Below, in pieces: positions 12,881 through 26,490 of a DNA stretch of 64,000 bases. The position numbers were made by a program, and so were the translations under genes. The stretch comes from Octopus bimaculoides. Taxonomy: Eukaryota. The stretch's first letter is position 1. Each line of letters opens with the position of its first letter. The stretch is taken from assembly GCF_001194135.2 (NCBI RefSeq), contig NC_068986.1, positions 68,709,950-68,773,949 of the forward strand, read 5' to 3'. Below the pieces are notes generated by a model that had not been told where the DNA came from, did no database searches, and was given only the letters and a program-made list of their open reading frames with translations.

Positions 12881-13548
12881 NNNNNNNNNNNNNNNNNNNN
12901 NNNNNNNNNNNNNNNNNNNNNNNNNNNNNNNNNNNNNNNNNNNNNNNNNNNNNNNNNNNNNNNNNNNNNNNNNNNNNNNNNNNNNNNNNNNNNNNNNNNN
13001 NNNNNNNNNNNNNNNNNNNNNNNNNNNNNNNNNNNNNNNNNNNNNNNNNNNNNNNNNNNNNNNNNNNNNNNNNNNNNNNNNNNNNNNNNNNNNNNNNNNN
13101 NNNNNNNNNNNNNNNNNNNNNNNNNNNNNNNNNNNNNNNNNNNNNNNNNNNNNNNNNNNNNNNNNNNNNNNNNNNNNNNNNNNNNNNNNNNNNNNNNNNN
13201 NNNNNNNNNNNNNNNNNNNNNNNNNNNNNNNNNNNNNNNNNNNNNNNNNNNNNNNNNNNNNNNNNNNNNNNNNNNNNNNNNNNNNNNNNNNNNNNNNNNN
13301 NNNNNNNNNNNNNNNNNNNNNNNNNNNNNNNNNNNNNNNNNATATATATATATGTATATATATATACATATATATATGTATGTATACCTCTGCATGAATG
13401 TATATATACATGTATATATATATATATATAGATGTATATATATATACATGTATGTATAAAAATGTATATATATAGATGTACATGTAATATGTACACATAT
13501 ATATACATATATATACCCATACACACACACACAGACACATATATACAT

Positions 13549-13870
13549 AGGTGCAGGTGTGGCTGTGTGGTAAGAAACTTGGTTCCGAAACATATGGTCC
13601 TGGGTTCAGTTCCACTGTGTGGTGACTTGACCGGAGTCTTCTGCTGTAGCCTCAGACCAACCAAAGCCTTCTGAGTGGATTTCGTAGACAGAAAGTGAAA
13701 GAAATCAATCATATATATATATATGTATGTATATATGTAAGTGTATGTGTGTGTCTTTGTCTCTGTGTTTCTCCCTCATCACTACTTCACAACTGCTGCT
13801 CGTTTATTTACATCCCCATAACTTACTAGTTTGACAAGAAGAAACTGATAGAATAAGTACCAAGCTTACA
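13549..13870 (+). mobile_element. SINE family A
   Basis: AGGTGCAGGTGTGGCTGTGTGGTAAG head, microsatellite and partial tail. Confidence 0.8.
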
Positions 13871-14012
13871 AAATAAAAAAAAAGCACTAGGCAGTGTCTC
13901 ATATTTTTGTTTGCCTACTCAGATGTATCTATCAATCTATATTTGTGTGTGTGTGCGTGTGTATATAATACACATACACATATATACATGTATGTATATG
14001 TGCATATTCATA

Positions 14013-14604
14013 TCTATTATATAAAAGTCAATGTCTTTATGTGTGCTTGTGTGTCACTTATACATTCAAAAACTACTGCACCGATCCTAATGAAATTTGG
14101 AACACAAAATCCAAGCCTAGGGAGAAGGGTAATGCTGTGTTTCATACAATTTCATGGACCAAAATTACTGAATGGATCCTTATGATATTTGGAACTTAGA
14201 TTCAATGCATAAGGGCGGGTATAATGCAATATGTTTGGTTTGAATTTGAGATGGCTTAAAGGGGAAGAACCCCCATGAAAATTCATAAATTTTCGATGTT
14301 GATGAATTTTCAACCATGGGTAATTAACACACATCAAGAAGTATTCTCAAAGTTTCCACTTCTCATGAGGATTCTAAGACCCCCTAATGGAGGCCTTAAT
14401 TTCCAAATTTTAGTCATTTTTTTAATGAGCCAAAACTAGGTCAAAAGTATTGAATGGATCTTGATGAAATTTGGAAATTATATTCTATGCATAAGGGCTA
14501 TTAACACCCATGAAAATTCATATATTTTTGTTGCTGATGAAATTTTAACTATAGATATTAGACACAAATGAAGTAATATTTCTAAAATTTCATCTTCTAG
14601 CTAG
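14013..14604 (+). mobile_element. Helitron-like non-autonomous element
   Basis: A|TCTATTATATAAAAG ... TCTAGCTAG|T (TC...CTAG between A and T), with an internal diverged duplication (about 14150-14345 versus 14430-14590). No clear GC hairpin near the 3' end. Confidence 0.55.
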
Positions 14605-15374
14605 TAAATGAGTAAAAATTAACAGTGAAAAGAAACTACTAAGAGAATTAAGTGTAGTTTGAACTCTTATTTCCAAGTTAATAATCATGTCTTAACAGAT
14701 CCTCCAATGGCTTTGACAATGAGTGTTCCAGTTCTTCAATCAGTTGAACTACTTACTTGCATTAGCATTTAAGTGACCAAGTATTCCACAGGCCTATGTA
14801 TCCTTAATGTAATTCTCAGGCAGAATTAGCATGACACAGAGTGTAACAAAACTGGCCTATTGCATCATATATACAGTTTCCATATACCCAATATCACTCA
14901 CAAGGATTGGATTGATACAAAGCTATATATAATTGAAGACATTTGCACAATATGCCATGCAGTGGGAGCAAAGCAAATTTCTTAACCTTTCAACCATGCC
15001 TGCTCCATTAAAAGAAAAAAATCATTCAAGTTGCAATGGTTTAGAAGTTCACAACAATGTGGTTATGAGTTCAATCCCTTTGTAAAACATCTTTGAAAAG
15101 TGTTTTCTATCAATGACCCATAATTGAAATATGGTAGACAGAGCTACGTAGAAGACCATCAGGAAAGTATCTTAGTTTTGACACAGTAGACTTAATCTAT
15201 CACCTGGTTTAACATTTGGCCCTTGGGTGCATTTAGCAGAGTCCATTCTGTTGCAAGCATTTAGACCAGGATCCAATCTTAGAGCAACTCCCATCAGTCC
15301 CAATGGCCTCCAAAAGGGTCATAGGCACTAACATTTCTCCTCTGAATAAACCATAAAAAGACATTCATGCTTAA

Positions 15375-15730
15375 TGCCTATCTTTATTTTTTCTTGTTTC
15401 AGTCATTGTACTGCAGCTATGCTGATGCAATGCCTTGAAGGGATTAGTCAAGCAAATCAACTCCAGAATTAAATTTTTAAAGTCTGGTATATATTTTATC
15501 AGTATCTTTCGCCAAACTGTTAAGTTACAGGGATGTAAACAAAATAATACCAACTGTCAAATGGTAGTGGGGACACAAACACAAACACATACATCTACCA
15601 AATTCAATCAGAAGGCATTGGTCAACCTGGGGAGTGGGGCAACAGTAGATGACATTTGCTCAAGGTGCTGTGCAGTGGGACTGAACCTAACACTCACAGG
15701 TTACAGAGTAAGCTTCTTAACCACACATCA
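15375..15730 (-). mobile_element. SINE family A, diverged
   Basis: Tail and shortened head are homologous to the other copies. Confidence 0.7.
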
Positions 15731-16934
15731 CATTACTTCTAATTTCGAAGCAGAAAGGAGGAGATGAAAAAAAACTTACCGAGAGATCGTTCATACCAGT
15801 AAATGTTATAATCATTGTCCATCTGAAGTGTATTAGAAAATCCTAACACTGTTTGACACTTTAGACTAACCAAAAAAGAAATGATCACATTCACAATAGA
15901 TAAGCTTTTCAGTTCATCCATCCAATTAACCTTTATTTGTTATCTGCTGTTAGCTTAAAAACCTTAATCAACATTAGATCAACATAATCAATCACATTCC
16001 TCCTTATTGGTTGTTTTCTATCTAGCAGTAAACAGGCAACATGTAGAGATATGATTTGTCACTATAGACAACAGAAGTTTTGATAAGTCAATAATGAAAC
16101 CTCTATATCGTCACCCAACCAACAACGCACAGCAACCAAATTTCCTTCAAATCATAGTCCATCTTAAAAGATAATGTATAGATAAACCAATCACTCTAGA
16201 CTCCCCTTCACTCCCACCCCACCCCCACTCCAAAAAAGATGGAATGATCATGGCTTTGATCATAGCCTGACTCAGTCAGGATTGAGCTGAAGCTAAATAA
16301 CACAACCACAAAAGTGTTGATACTATCGTTTGACACTGGATCAGCTTTCACTGAGCAGACTTAGCAAAAACAGAGTATTTTTGTTAGTTTGCAGTGGTAA
16401 GAGCAAATCTTCCTCTGATTGATTTGAAGAAGATAACAGGAAACCATTGCATTATAATGAAGTCTTCAGTGCTGATCACTGATTCAGAGGGTTATAAAAC
16501 TTGACCTTTGATCCCTTTAAAAAGACATGCAAGAGTAGTTGTCATTTTGTCTCAAATCATCAATGATCAAGTAGAACAACAATCAAAGGCAGTCTAATGA
16601 TGACGATCCTAATTTTTTCCAGTATTAGTGTATCTAAGGCAACATTATTCAACAGCAGAGTGTCATCTGAGAGAGATTCAGTTACTATTTCTAGTAGGTT
16701 GAATGAAAGCAAGGAAGCTCCCTACAAGCAACAGCAACATTAATAGTTATTAACAGCATATATAGAAATAGTAAATGCAATGTGTATACTCTGTAAGAAA
16801 ATAAGCATGTCTCTTTTAGGTCTGCCTATGAAAAGGAGAGAAGATGGTTGATTTGGTATGGCTCCAGTCTATTATTAAGACTAATTTTACTGACCCAAGT
16901 GAGTCTTTAACTAAGATCCCACACAGCATCTAAA

Positions 16935-18095
16935 TATAATAATGAATTTATTGTACACAGTGCTCAGGTGCACAACTCATCAGAAACAGTAGCCAAAAGT
17001 GCACGTAGAGTACATAGAATAATGCACAGAAAGTAAACAGAAAAGCATTTTAAAAAGTGGGGGACACATCAACTGTACTGTTGGTGAATTTCAGGAAGCA
17101 TGGAAGTTTTGAAGGATGTAGTGTCCTGACAGTTAACAACTGATGCAAGTAATTTATTCCATGCTTCAGCAACACTGAGCATTAAAAGATGTTTCTGAAA
17201 GTCATGGGTGCTGTGTTGTTTTTGAATTTTGTAAACATGTCCACAAGTGTTAGACATATGGAATTCAAAATGGTACCCAAGGTTGTTGTTGGAAAGATGA
17301 TGGATAATCTTGTGGGTGTTTATCAAGTCAGCTACTAGATGTCAGAGCTTTAATGTGTCCATGCCCAGGGAAGTAAGATGTTCACAGCATGGTAGATGCC
17401 TGATGGAAGATATTCTTCTGGTTGCACATTTTTGAACAGTTTCCAGAAGATTGATATGATGAGCAAGACATGCCACAGATACCTGGAGAATGGCTTACAA
17501 AGATCTAAGACACCCTTGACCTTCTTGACAATTTTACAAATGTGGTTTGTCCAATGCAAATCACTGTTGACAGTTAATGCCCAGATCATGTTCACTAGCA
17601 GACTTCTTAAGATGTGTGTAGTAAAGGGAGTATGTAAAAGTTGGGTTTTAACTCCCAAAATGCATGGTAGTGCACTTGTCCACGGCCAGCTTGAGTTGTC
17701 TGTCAGTAATTGTTGCATTGTGTCCAAGTCTGATAGCAGGAAAGATATACAACATATAGGATCTGTTCTTTTTATCTTGAGGTACAGCTTGAAGTCATCT
17801 GTTTACTTCAACACTAAAATTCTTCAAGTTGGCATCTCTGTCATTAATATATGCAACAAACAACAGGGGTCTACAAACAGATCTCTGTGGTACATCAGCT
17901 GTAATTTCATAGGATGCAGAATGCAGTCCTAGAACTATGACTACCTCTTTTCAGCAAAGAACAAAGGACTTCAACCAATTATAAAGATCATCTCTCACAC
18001 CCATTGCAGAGAGTTTTGCCATAAGTTGTTTGTGATACAAAATTGAAGACTTTAGTAAAGACAAGATAGATAACATCCACCCATGAGGCAATAAC
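16935..18095 (-). mobile_element. 5'-truncated CR1-like LINE (RT C-terminal half plus 3'UTR), degenerate
   Basis: Minus-strand translation gives FTKVFNFVSHKQLMAKLSAMG..LYNWLKSF, DVPQRSVCRPLLFVAYIND (GVPQGSVLGPLLF.IYIND), LTVNSDLHWTNHI and TCGHVYKI..WNKL..VV..SFK. AATAAA and an (ATT)n tail lie near 16935-16950. Confidence 0.85.
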
Positions 18096-18670
18096 AACAA
18101 TCATTGTCATCATTTTCTTCTTCTTCATAATCATAAACATTAGTATTTAATAAAGGTTTACCTAATAATATACCTTAGAATGCAATTTTGAGGTTTCATC
18201 TCTGAAAAGCCTGAGAGGAGGGGCTTCAGATTTAGTTTATATTTCATATTTTTCTAAATGTTTCTAAGACTCTTATATCCACAGTTACAATTCCTGTTTC
18301 TATTTCCAGAATTTTGTTATCTTTAGGAGTTTTCACCTTCATTTTTTGACAGATAGAACATGATACATCAATCAGATTAAGACTGTTGAACCGTTCATCT
18401 TTTATGCCAATAACAGGGTGGTTATTTTTCAGTGTATATTAGTATATCATAGAGAACCAACAACAACATTGTTGTACTTCACAACTCTTATAGTGAGTAC
18501 AAGGTCAATTTCACAAGAGGAGGTTAGAGAAGAGAGCTACTAGATACTATGAAGCATTAAAATCTACATTGCTACTTATCAACTATCGTAATAGAAACAA
18601 TTATGACCCTTTGTTTAAGAAAAGTGATAAAAGTCTGAGATCTTCCAAATATATAAGCTTTTCTCTGTAG

Positions 18671-18854
18671 TCTTTTACTTGTTTTAGCCACTGAACTGTG
18701 ACAACACTAAGGCAACATCTTGAAGGGTTTAGTCAAACAAAGCAACTCCACTACTTATTTTAAAGTCTAATACTAATTCTATCAGTTGTTTTTGTTGGAC
18801 CACTAGAGATGTAAACAGATCAACACCAGTTGTTAAGCCATGGTAAGGAACACA

Positions 18855-18904
<50 letters not shown>

Positions 18905-19150
18905 AACTCTGCCAAATCAGATTGGAGCCTGGTGTAGCCATCTGGTTCACCAGTCCTCAGTCAAATCGTCCAATCCATGCTAGCATGGAAAGCGGACGTT
19001 AAACGATGATGATGATGATGATGATGATAATGGGCTTCCACACAGTTTCCATCTAACAAATTCACTCACAAGGCAATTGGTCAGCCTGAAACTATATTAC
19101 AAAACACTTTCTCAAAGTGTCACAAAGTGGGACTGAACCTGAAACCACAT
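18671..19150 (-). mobile_element. SINE family A with a (GAT)n-tailed element inserted in its microsatellite
   Basis: Tail 18671-18855, (GT)n, insert 18905-19027 on + (..GCTAGCATGGAAAGCGGACGTTAAAC(GAT)n), head about 19030-19150. Confidence 0.75.
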
Positions 19151-19745
19151 GCATGCAAAGCATGCCTTCTTAACCTATGTAAACTGAAAAAATAGAACCA
19201 TTCTTTTTTTTTTTTTTTTCACCCCAACCAGAAGTACAAAGCAACAAAATTCAGGAGTGAATCAAGTTGAGAACTTGATAGGTATTTTATCAACCTGGTG
19301 TGACTTTTAACTCAGAATGTAAACAATGACTATCCTCAGTCATAGCTGAATACGACAAGGTGTTTTGCCTGCACTTGTTTCAGGCAGTTATAGAAATAAA
19401 AGTGATTGTAATGCATGCTACATATTCAACTAACAGTAGGTATGCATAGATTAAAGGTAGACAGGTTTCAAATAAGATTACCAAAGTGATAACAAACACA
19501 GCAAGAAAATGTAAGAATCATCTTAAAAATATGGTGCATGAACATCTGACCAGAGATAATGATAAAAAAACAGCAGGAGAAATATATTTTGGCTTGTATT
19601 ATCTAATTCAAATATCCTTCATTTTTGCAAGCAATCCATGCAAATACATACAGCCTTGGCAGTGCAAACCAACCAAACGAGTTTTAGTTGTCTGCTTTTT
19701 ACAGCCAAAATGCATAGCTTGTATGCACTGGTTTACTTATTGAAT

Positions 19746-20136
19746 GTGGAGGCGCAATGGCCCAGTGGTTAGGGCAGCGGACTTGCAGTCATAGGATCGC
19801 GGTTTCGATTCCCAGACCGGGCATTGTGAGTGTTTATTGAGCGAAAAACACCTAAAGCTCCACGAGGCTCCGTCGGGGGATGGTGGCGAACCCTGCTGTA
19901 CTCTTTCACCACAACTTTCTCTCACTCTTTCTTCCTGTGTCTGTTGTACCTGTATTTCTAAGGGCCAGCCTTGTCACACTGTATCACGCTGAATCTCCCC
20001 GAGAACTACGTTAAGGGTACACGTGTCTGTGGAGTGCTCAGCCACTTGCACGTTAATTTCACGAGCAGGCTGTTCCGTTGATTGGATCAACTGGAACCCT
20101 CAACGCCGTAAGCGACGGAGTGCCAACAACAACAAC
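19746..20136 (+). mobile_element. SINE family C, full copy with TSD
   Basis: tRNA-like head GTGGAGGCGCAATGGCCCAGTGGTTAGG..GGTTTCGATTCC, about 390-bp body, (CAA)n tail. TSD ACTTAT(T/A)GAAT at 19735-19745 and 20135-20145. Confidence 0.85.
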
Positions 20137-20852
20137 TTATAGAATATATCAGAAGAGTTGAAAAAGAATAGAGCAAGATATGTTTGTTAAGTGACTCGTT
20201 AATGACTTATGTGAAGGGCTTTTCAAAAGAATCTTTCAAATCATACACCTCCATTTATAGAGATTTGAGATAAACCAAACAACTTAATAACTGATTCCTA
20301 CAACAGCAGTTCCATGAAAGTTGTAATCAATTTATTGACTTTACTTTGCATATAACTACAGGAATCTTATACTTGAAGAAAAGTGATTTCCAAATATTAC
20401 TGTATTCAAAATATGAAATGGATATATTTGTAATTGTGTAACATAGGAGTTACAGACTAATTACTATGCCAATGGCTAAATAATATTCTTAGGAACTCCA
20501 CAATATTTTTTGACCCATGGCTCCAAGACTCATTCTCACAATAACAATGAAACAATTGATTTTATTCTTTCACATGTTTCAATAATTTGAATGAGGCCAT
20601 GCTGGGGCACCACAAACCAAAAAATCAATAGACAAACTGCAGGGACACTAGGTGTTGGAACTTTTATTAACCCCAAGTGCAGTTTCACTTTATTGTAAAG
20701 TGTTGTTGTTGGTGACCACTTTAACAGTTTCTCAGCATTTTGCCACCAAATCATTCTCTCTCAAAACAAACTATTCTATAATTCCACTGTTGTAAAGCTG
20801 TCGATATTTGGGTATCATATTTAAAGCTACTTGAGGGAATACTGATTTGTAA

Positions 20853-20897
<45 letters not shown>

Positions 20898-21155
20898 TGA
20901 CGCGTAAATGGCATGCAATGTTATGAGTGGATTTGATTTAGCTGAAGTTGCCCTGAATTAAATTTGGGCATCAGAATTTTAGGGCAAAGTATAATATATT
21001 ACAGATATTCAGTTTTGAAGAGATATTTCTGAGGATAAATCTAAAGGAATTGAGTTGATGATGGGTAGACATGATAGAATGACTATTCTTCAGCAGAAAT
21101 AAAATTTGAGATTCATTATTTAATAATACTGAAAGCCTAAAAAAATAAGATTAGG

Positions 21156-21520
21156 TACAGGCGTGACTGTGTGATAAGAAGCTTGCTTCACAACCACATG
21201 ATTCTAGGTTCAGTTCCACTGTGTAGCACCTTGGCAAGCATCTTCTACTATAGCCTTGCGCTGACCAAAGACTTGAGTAGATTGGGCAGGTGAAAACTGA
21301 AAGAAGCCTGTTGCGTGTTTGTGTGTCCTTGTTTGTCCCCCACTAACAATTGACAACCGATGTTGGTGTGCTTATGCTCCCGTAACTTCAGCAAAAGAGA
21401 CCAATAAAATAAGTACCAGGCATAAAAAAAAATTAAGTACTGTAGTAGATTCATTTGACTAACAATTCTTAAAGGTGGTACCCAAACCAAAATCTAATGA
21501 CTGAAACAAGTAAAAGATAA
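21156..21520 (+). mobile_element. SINE family A
   Basis: Head and tail are homologous and the microsatellite is nearly absent. Confidence 0.8.
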
Positions 21521-22309
21521 CTACAGAAAGCTAAATATAGTGTCAGACAACTGACCAGTCTCAGACTCAATATTCTCTCACTAGCATTATCCTGGTTTCT
21601 TGCTCAAGACAACAGGGCATCTGTCAGAGCATATAAACAATAAGCATATAAGCTGAATTATCTATTTGTTAAACTAACACACAAGTAACTGAGTATTCCA
21701 CAGAATTCTCAGATTGATTATGTGACAATTGTGAAGTTTTGGATTACAAGTACAGTATGTACAACAGGCTTCCTTGTAATTTCTACCAACCCAACTTTAC
21801 TGGCAAGGACTGAGTCAACCTGAGCTAAGATTCCATGCAATGGAATCAAACCCAAGGCTTCATGATTGTAAAGTGAGATTCTTAATCATTTATGCTAATT
21901 AGTTTTGCCATTTTGGTAGACATAAAAAGCTGTATTCTTTCTGTCAATCAGCTACTTAATGCAAGTATTTTTTTTTTGTCAAACCAGTCTTGCTATTTTC
22001 TGTCATAAAACTCAAGGCCTCCTGACAACCTGCAGATACATCTGCCTTTAGAGAACAACCTATGTGCAATATTCCACACTGCTGCAAGACAGTTTTTCAT
22101 CTAGACACTGAGAAACTTAGTATTGATTTTCTACAGGCAATGTTTCTGCTGTCAACATTTCCTTGGAGCAATTTGAATTGTCGTGTTAAATCATGTGATA
22201 GTCTGTCCAGCAAGCATCAGCTTCTATTGTAACTCACTATATACAGATCCTTGTGATTGTGGAACTGCATGATAATATAATTAATCATATACTAGTGATT
22301 TAATCACAG

Positions 22310-22790
22310 ATGTTGTCAGAAACCCTTGTACATGTTTCTTGTTGGAATAATGAGTTGGTAATTACTAAATTATACGTTTCACATTTAGTTGGAAACAGAT
22401 TGCCATTTGAGTTAGCCCTCCTTTTGCTTTCTTTTCCAGCTGCATTGTTTCAGAGGTTTGAATGTTTGCCAACTCTGGCGCTGAAATTGCCCAGTAAGAT
22501 GGTTTTGTATTGTTTTGGTAGTCTAAATAGAACACAATCTAAATGAGTATAAAATTCCTTTTTAACTTCTATGTCTGTATTCATTATGGGATCATATGTA
22601 CTGATGACTATCACAAAAGTCATTACAAATCCTAAACTTTGTAAACACCACTTACTTGATATTTTTTTCTCCCTTCCAAAAGAAGACATAATCCGCTGTC
22701 CTGTTTCTTCAGCTGTTCATCATCAGTTAGTCACTCAGAGTGACAATGTTGATATTGAGATGTGCCAATTCCCAACAGAGAGTGAGATAC
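22310..22790 (-). mobile_element. RTE-clade LINE fragment (AP endonuclease), degenerate
   Basis: VISTYDPIMNTDIEVKKEFYTHL..LLGNFSARVG..NSNGNL..C..YNLVITNSLF matches APE motifs SAYAP, GDFNARVG and N.NG..L.ITNT.F. Confidence 0.8.
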
Positions 22791-23254
22791 CTTAGGCAAA
22801 ATGTTAGCAATAGAAAACTGCTGCAGCAGCTATCTACCATCACAATCACTGAATGCACATAACCCACTCTCCTCCATTTTGCTACACTGGACTTCACTAT
22901 ACCTCTGGCATAGGAAGCAACAGAGTCTGTTGAAACTTGCTCAAGGTTGCCTCAAGTTTCCAGAAAGTAGGGGTAACAATGTCTCTTTCACAGATTGACT
23001 AGTGAACGTCCTATATCATACCCACAATATATACCTATGTGGATTTTATCTGAGCGCACATGAAAAATGAAAAGTGAATTGTATAAGATTTATGATTATG
23101 CTACACAAATCTGTTAAATCACACTCTCTAATATCTTCAAAAAACAAAAAAAAAACAGAAAGAGAGAGAAAAAGACATTGGATAATGTAGTTCTAGATAA
23201 GTTTGAAAATGAAGGCAGGATGGTCATCTGGCACAAGGCCACCTCCTCTCAAAG

Positions 23255-23560
23255 GATCTTTGTCTTGCAAGTTACTCAGTGACCCCAGCAGTGTTGGTGC
23301 ATATAAAAAAAACATCCACTTTACACTGTGAAGTGGTTGGCATTTGGAAGGGTATCCAGCTGCAAAAACCATTCAAAGACAGACCTTGCCAGCGTTGGTG
23401 CCATGTAAAAAGTACTGTCTAATTTGTGGGGTGGTTAGTGTCAGGAAGGGTATCCAGCTGTATAAATCATGCCAAAACAAACAATGAAACATATTGCAGT
23501 CTTCTGCCTAGCCAGCTCCTGTCGAACCGTCCAACCCATACCTGCATGGAAATTGACAAT
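23255..23560 (+). mobile_element. LINE/SINE 3'-end fragment (GGAAGGGCATCC-type tail, probably RTE-related)
   Basis: GGTTGGCATTTGGAAGGGTATCCAGCTG..CCGTCCAACCCAT..GCATGGAAA, partly duplicated internally. Homologs at 58700-58925 and 57205-57480. Confidence 0.6.
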
Positions 23561-23569
23561 TGACTAGTC

Positions 23570-23953
23570 CCTTAATCCCTTCGGAGTCATTGGAGTACTG
23601 CAGCATGCAGTGTATCTAGGGCGAGAAAGCCTGGCAGAGCCCATCCCTCTCCAGGCTAAACTCATTTCTATAGTTGAGTGGACTGAAGCAACATGAAATT
23701 AAATGTTTTGCTGAAGAACACAATGGATCACCCAGTCCAGGGATCAAAACCATAATCTTATAGTCATGAATCCCTAACCACTAAGCAATGCACCTCCACT
23801 AGTGGTGTTCATTTCTACAGCTGAGTGAACTGAAGCAACATGAAGTTAAGTGTTTTGCTCAAAAACACAATGTATCGCCTGGTCCCGGAATCGAAACCAC
23901 AATCTTACAATCATGAGTATAACACCCTAACCACTAATCCATGAGCCTCCACT
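23570..23953 (-). mobile_element. Two adjacent SINE family D copies
   Basis: Both halves are homologous to 60095-60344 (CCCTAACCACTAA..GCCTCCAC on +). Confidence 0.75.
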
Positions 23954-24584
23954 AAAGGAAAACGAATATTAAATGATGAAGAGTCTTTTTTGACTTAGAC
24001 AGAGCTGGGACAAAACAACAATTCCTTTATAGCTTAGAAGACATTAACATTTACAATATCTTTACCCACTCAGTCACTTTGCTTCTACATCAAATCCCCA
24101 AATTATTATTCATATTATTTGTATTCAAAAGTTCAGGAAACACATAAATGTGAGCACATGTAAGCACAAATATAAAAATAGAAGTTATTCAGTTTGCTAT
24201 AATCATAAATATGATCAAGATATCAAGATTACAAAAATCTAAGATGAAAGTAATCATAACAAAGTCCATACATATAGCTGTTGCCAAACTAAATTGATAA
24301 TCCAGAAATATCTTTCATGGTACAGTGGATCAAAGAACTGTTATTGAGTTCTACTGCTGCTATTTATAACTAGTTGTTGCAGGATAGTGTTACAAAATCC
24401 TAACAAGTTTGTACACTTGACAAGTTACTACTTACACCCTATGGTGATTTTCCAACCAATATCTATCAAAATAAAAACAAAAGGTGTCTGAATTATCACT
24501 ATAACCAACATCAACATTATGAACAACAAAATAATCACCATCATCATTATTTGGTATGGATACTATTGGATATTAAGATTATCT

Positions 24585-25626
24585 TTCTTTTACTTTTTAT
24601 TTGTTCAAGTCATTAGACTGAGGCCATGCTGGGACACCACCTTGAAGAGTTTCTAGTTAAATGAATCAACCCAGGACTTATTTTTTTAATCTGGTACCTA
24701 TTCTATCAATCTCTTTTGCCAAACTGGTAAATTACAGGGATGTAAACAAAGCAACAATGGTTGTCAAGCAGTGGTGAGGGACACACGTGTGTATGTGTAT
24801 GTATGTGTGTGTATATATATATATATATAAGTTTATCTTAACCTTTTTGATGCGACTCTATACTATTTTCTCCCCCATCCTCTTCTAATTCCCTTTTTCT
24901 CCCCTTCACTGTTTTCTGTCTGTCTGTCTTTCTTTCTCTTTTTTTCTCTCTCTCTCTCTTTTCTCTCTCATTGCTCACATGTGACTATCATCCATCTTTC
25001 TTTTCCTGCATGACGTTCTAGGGATTGGACATCTTCTGTCTCTCTCTTCTATCTTTTCTCTTTTCAAAGAAAATATTTCTCCCAGCATTCACTATTTTCC
25101 CCTCGTTCTGGTCTAACAACCCTCCATGTCTGTTTTCATTCGGTTTCCTTGTATGTCTCCACTGTCCTGTTTTTTCCCCAACTTTGACCCTCCATAAATC
25201 CAAAATTTTATTTTGGAATTTATGGGAGCAACTGTCTTCAAAGATTCATATCGTCATTGAATGCTCAAAATGAGATAGATAGCCAACATCTGATGAAGGG
25301 TTGTTCTTTGTGTTACCTGTCCTGTTTTCCATCTTTTCCTCTCATTGTTTGCATATTTAATGCGTTTGTTTTCATACTTGTTGCTTACAGTTGGTGATGT
25401 CCTGTACCTATATATGCATATATATGTGCATATATATGTATGTATGTATATATAATATATATATGATGGGCTTCTTTCAGTTTCCCTCTACCAAATCTAC
25501 TTACAAGGCTTTGGTTGGCCCAGAGCTATAGTAGAAGTCACTTGCCCAAAATGTCACACAGTGGAATTGAACTTGTGACCATGTGGTTAGGAAGTAAACT
25601 TCTTACCACACACCCATGCTGCGCCT
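24585..25626 (-). mobile_element. SINE family A split by a pLTR-like insert in its microsatellite
   Basis: Tail 24585-24785 and head 25464-25626 flank the insert at 24826-25420. Confidence 0.7.
24826..25420 (+). repeat. Penelope-pLTR-like repeat (TC-rich, CTGATGAAGG motif, ends GTCCTGTACCTATATATGC)
   Basis: Homologous to 8575-9036 and 56357-57170. Confidence 0.6.
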
Positions 25627-26490
25627 CAATTACATTATTATTGTACTAAATGATAATAACAATAACAACTGAAATGATAATGATGATAATATTCACACCT
25701 AGCTGAGTCAACAGAATAACACCTCGCAGTCAGAAAGTCAAAGTTTATATTCTCACTTGACTGGTTATAGAATAGATACATGATAAAGAGATACAGCTCC
25801 CTGTAGCAGAGATACTACCTATATAAATGATGAGTGTTGCATTCGATTGCTGCAGTAAGTTCATATCTTCCTATCGCAAAACTTACAACAATATCAATTC
25901 ATTCAGCTGTAAAGGTAATTTACAACTGCTTAACACCTCCAGTCATCACCATTAACGTAATTTAATGTCTGTTTTCATTACTGGCATGAATTGAACAGTT
26001 CGACAGGAACAGGAAAGTCAGAAGACTGCACCAAGCTCTGCTGTCTGCATTGGCATGGTTTCTATGGCTGGATGCTCTTCCTAATGCCAACAGCAGTAGT
26101 GAAGTTACCAAGTAACTTACAAGACAAGTCCCCCTCAACTGAGTAGTACTGAAGGGCAGAAAAAAGATGCCTTGCAGTAGAGATGAAGAAAGAGAGTACC
26201 AGCAACACAGTAGTATGTGAGTGAAAGTTTGTCCAATAAATCATATGTGCTTGGGAGGAAAGGCATATAATGTTTCAAGGGGTAAAAACTAAGCAGATAT
26301 GGCTAGGTGGTTAAAGAAGTTTGCTTTGCAACTATATGATTCTGGGTTCAATTCCACAAGGCAAGCACTTAGCACAAAAAAAAGTGTTCAGCCATAGCTT
26401 CAATGCTGGCAATGGGGATGGTGCAAATTTTATAGAATAATTTTTTTTTTAATGCAACATGTATGTAAAGCAATGAAAAACACATATATA

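Noticed and set aside
12794-13712. Long ORFs of 186-299 aa in the track (also 33883-34383 and 44368-45300)
   Set aside because: They are artefacts of N gaps and (TA)n/(TG)n repeats (X runs, [12 protein letters not shown]).
15294-15341. In-frame TGA (HWD*WELL) as possible selenocysteine
   Set aside because: A TAA follows four codons later, there is no selenoprotein motif and no SECIS was seen.
18250-18432. 63-codon open frame on the minus strand (LKNNHPVIG..ETFRKI)
   Set aside because: It is bounded by stops, with no acceptor or start and no recognisable domain.
19746-19825. tRNA-like sequence (and similar heads of all SINE copies)
   Set aside because: It continues into a SINE body with a tail and TSD, and no complete cloverleaf was seen.
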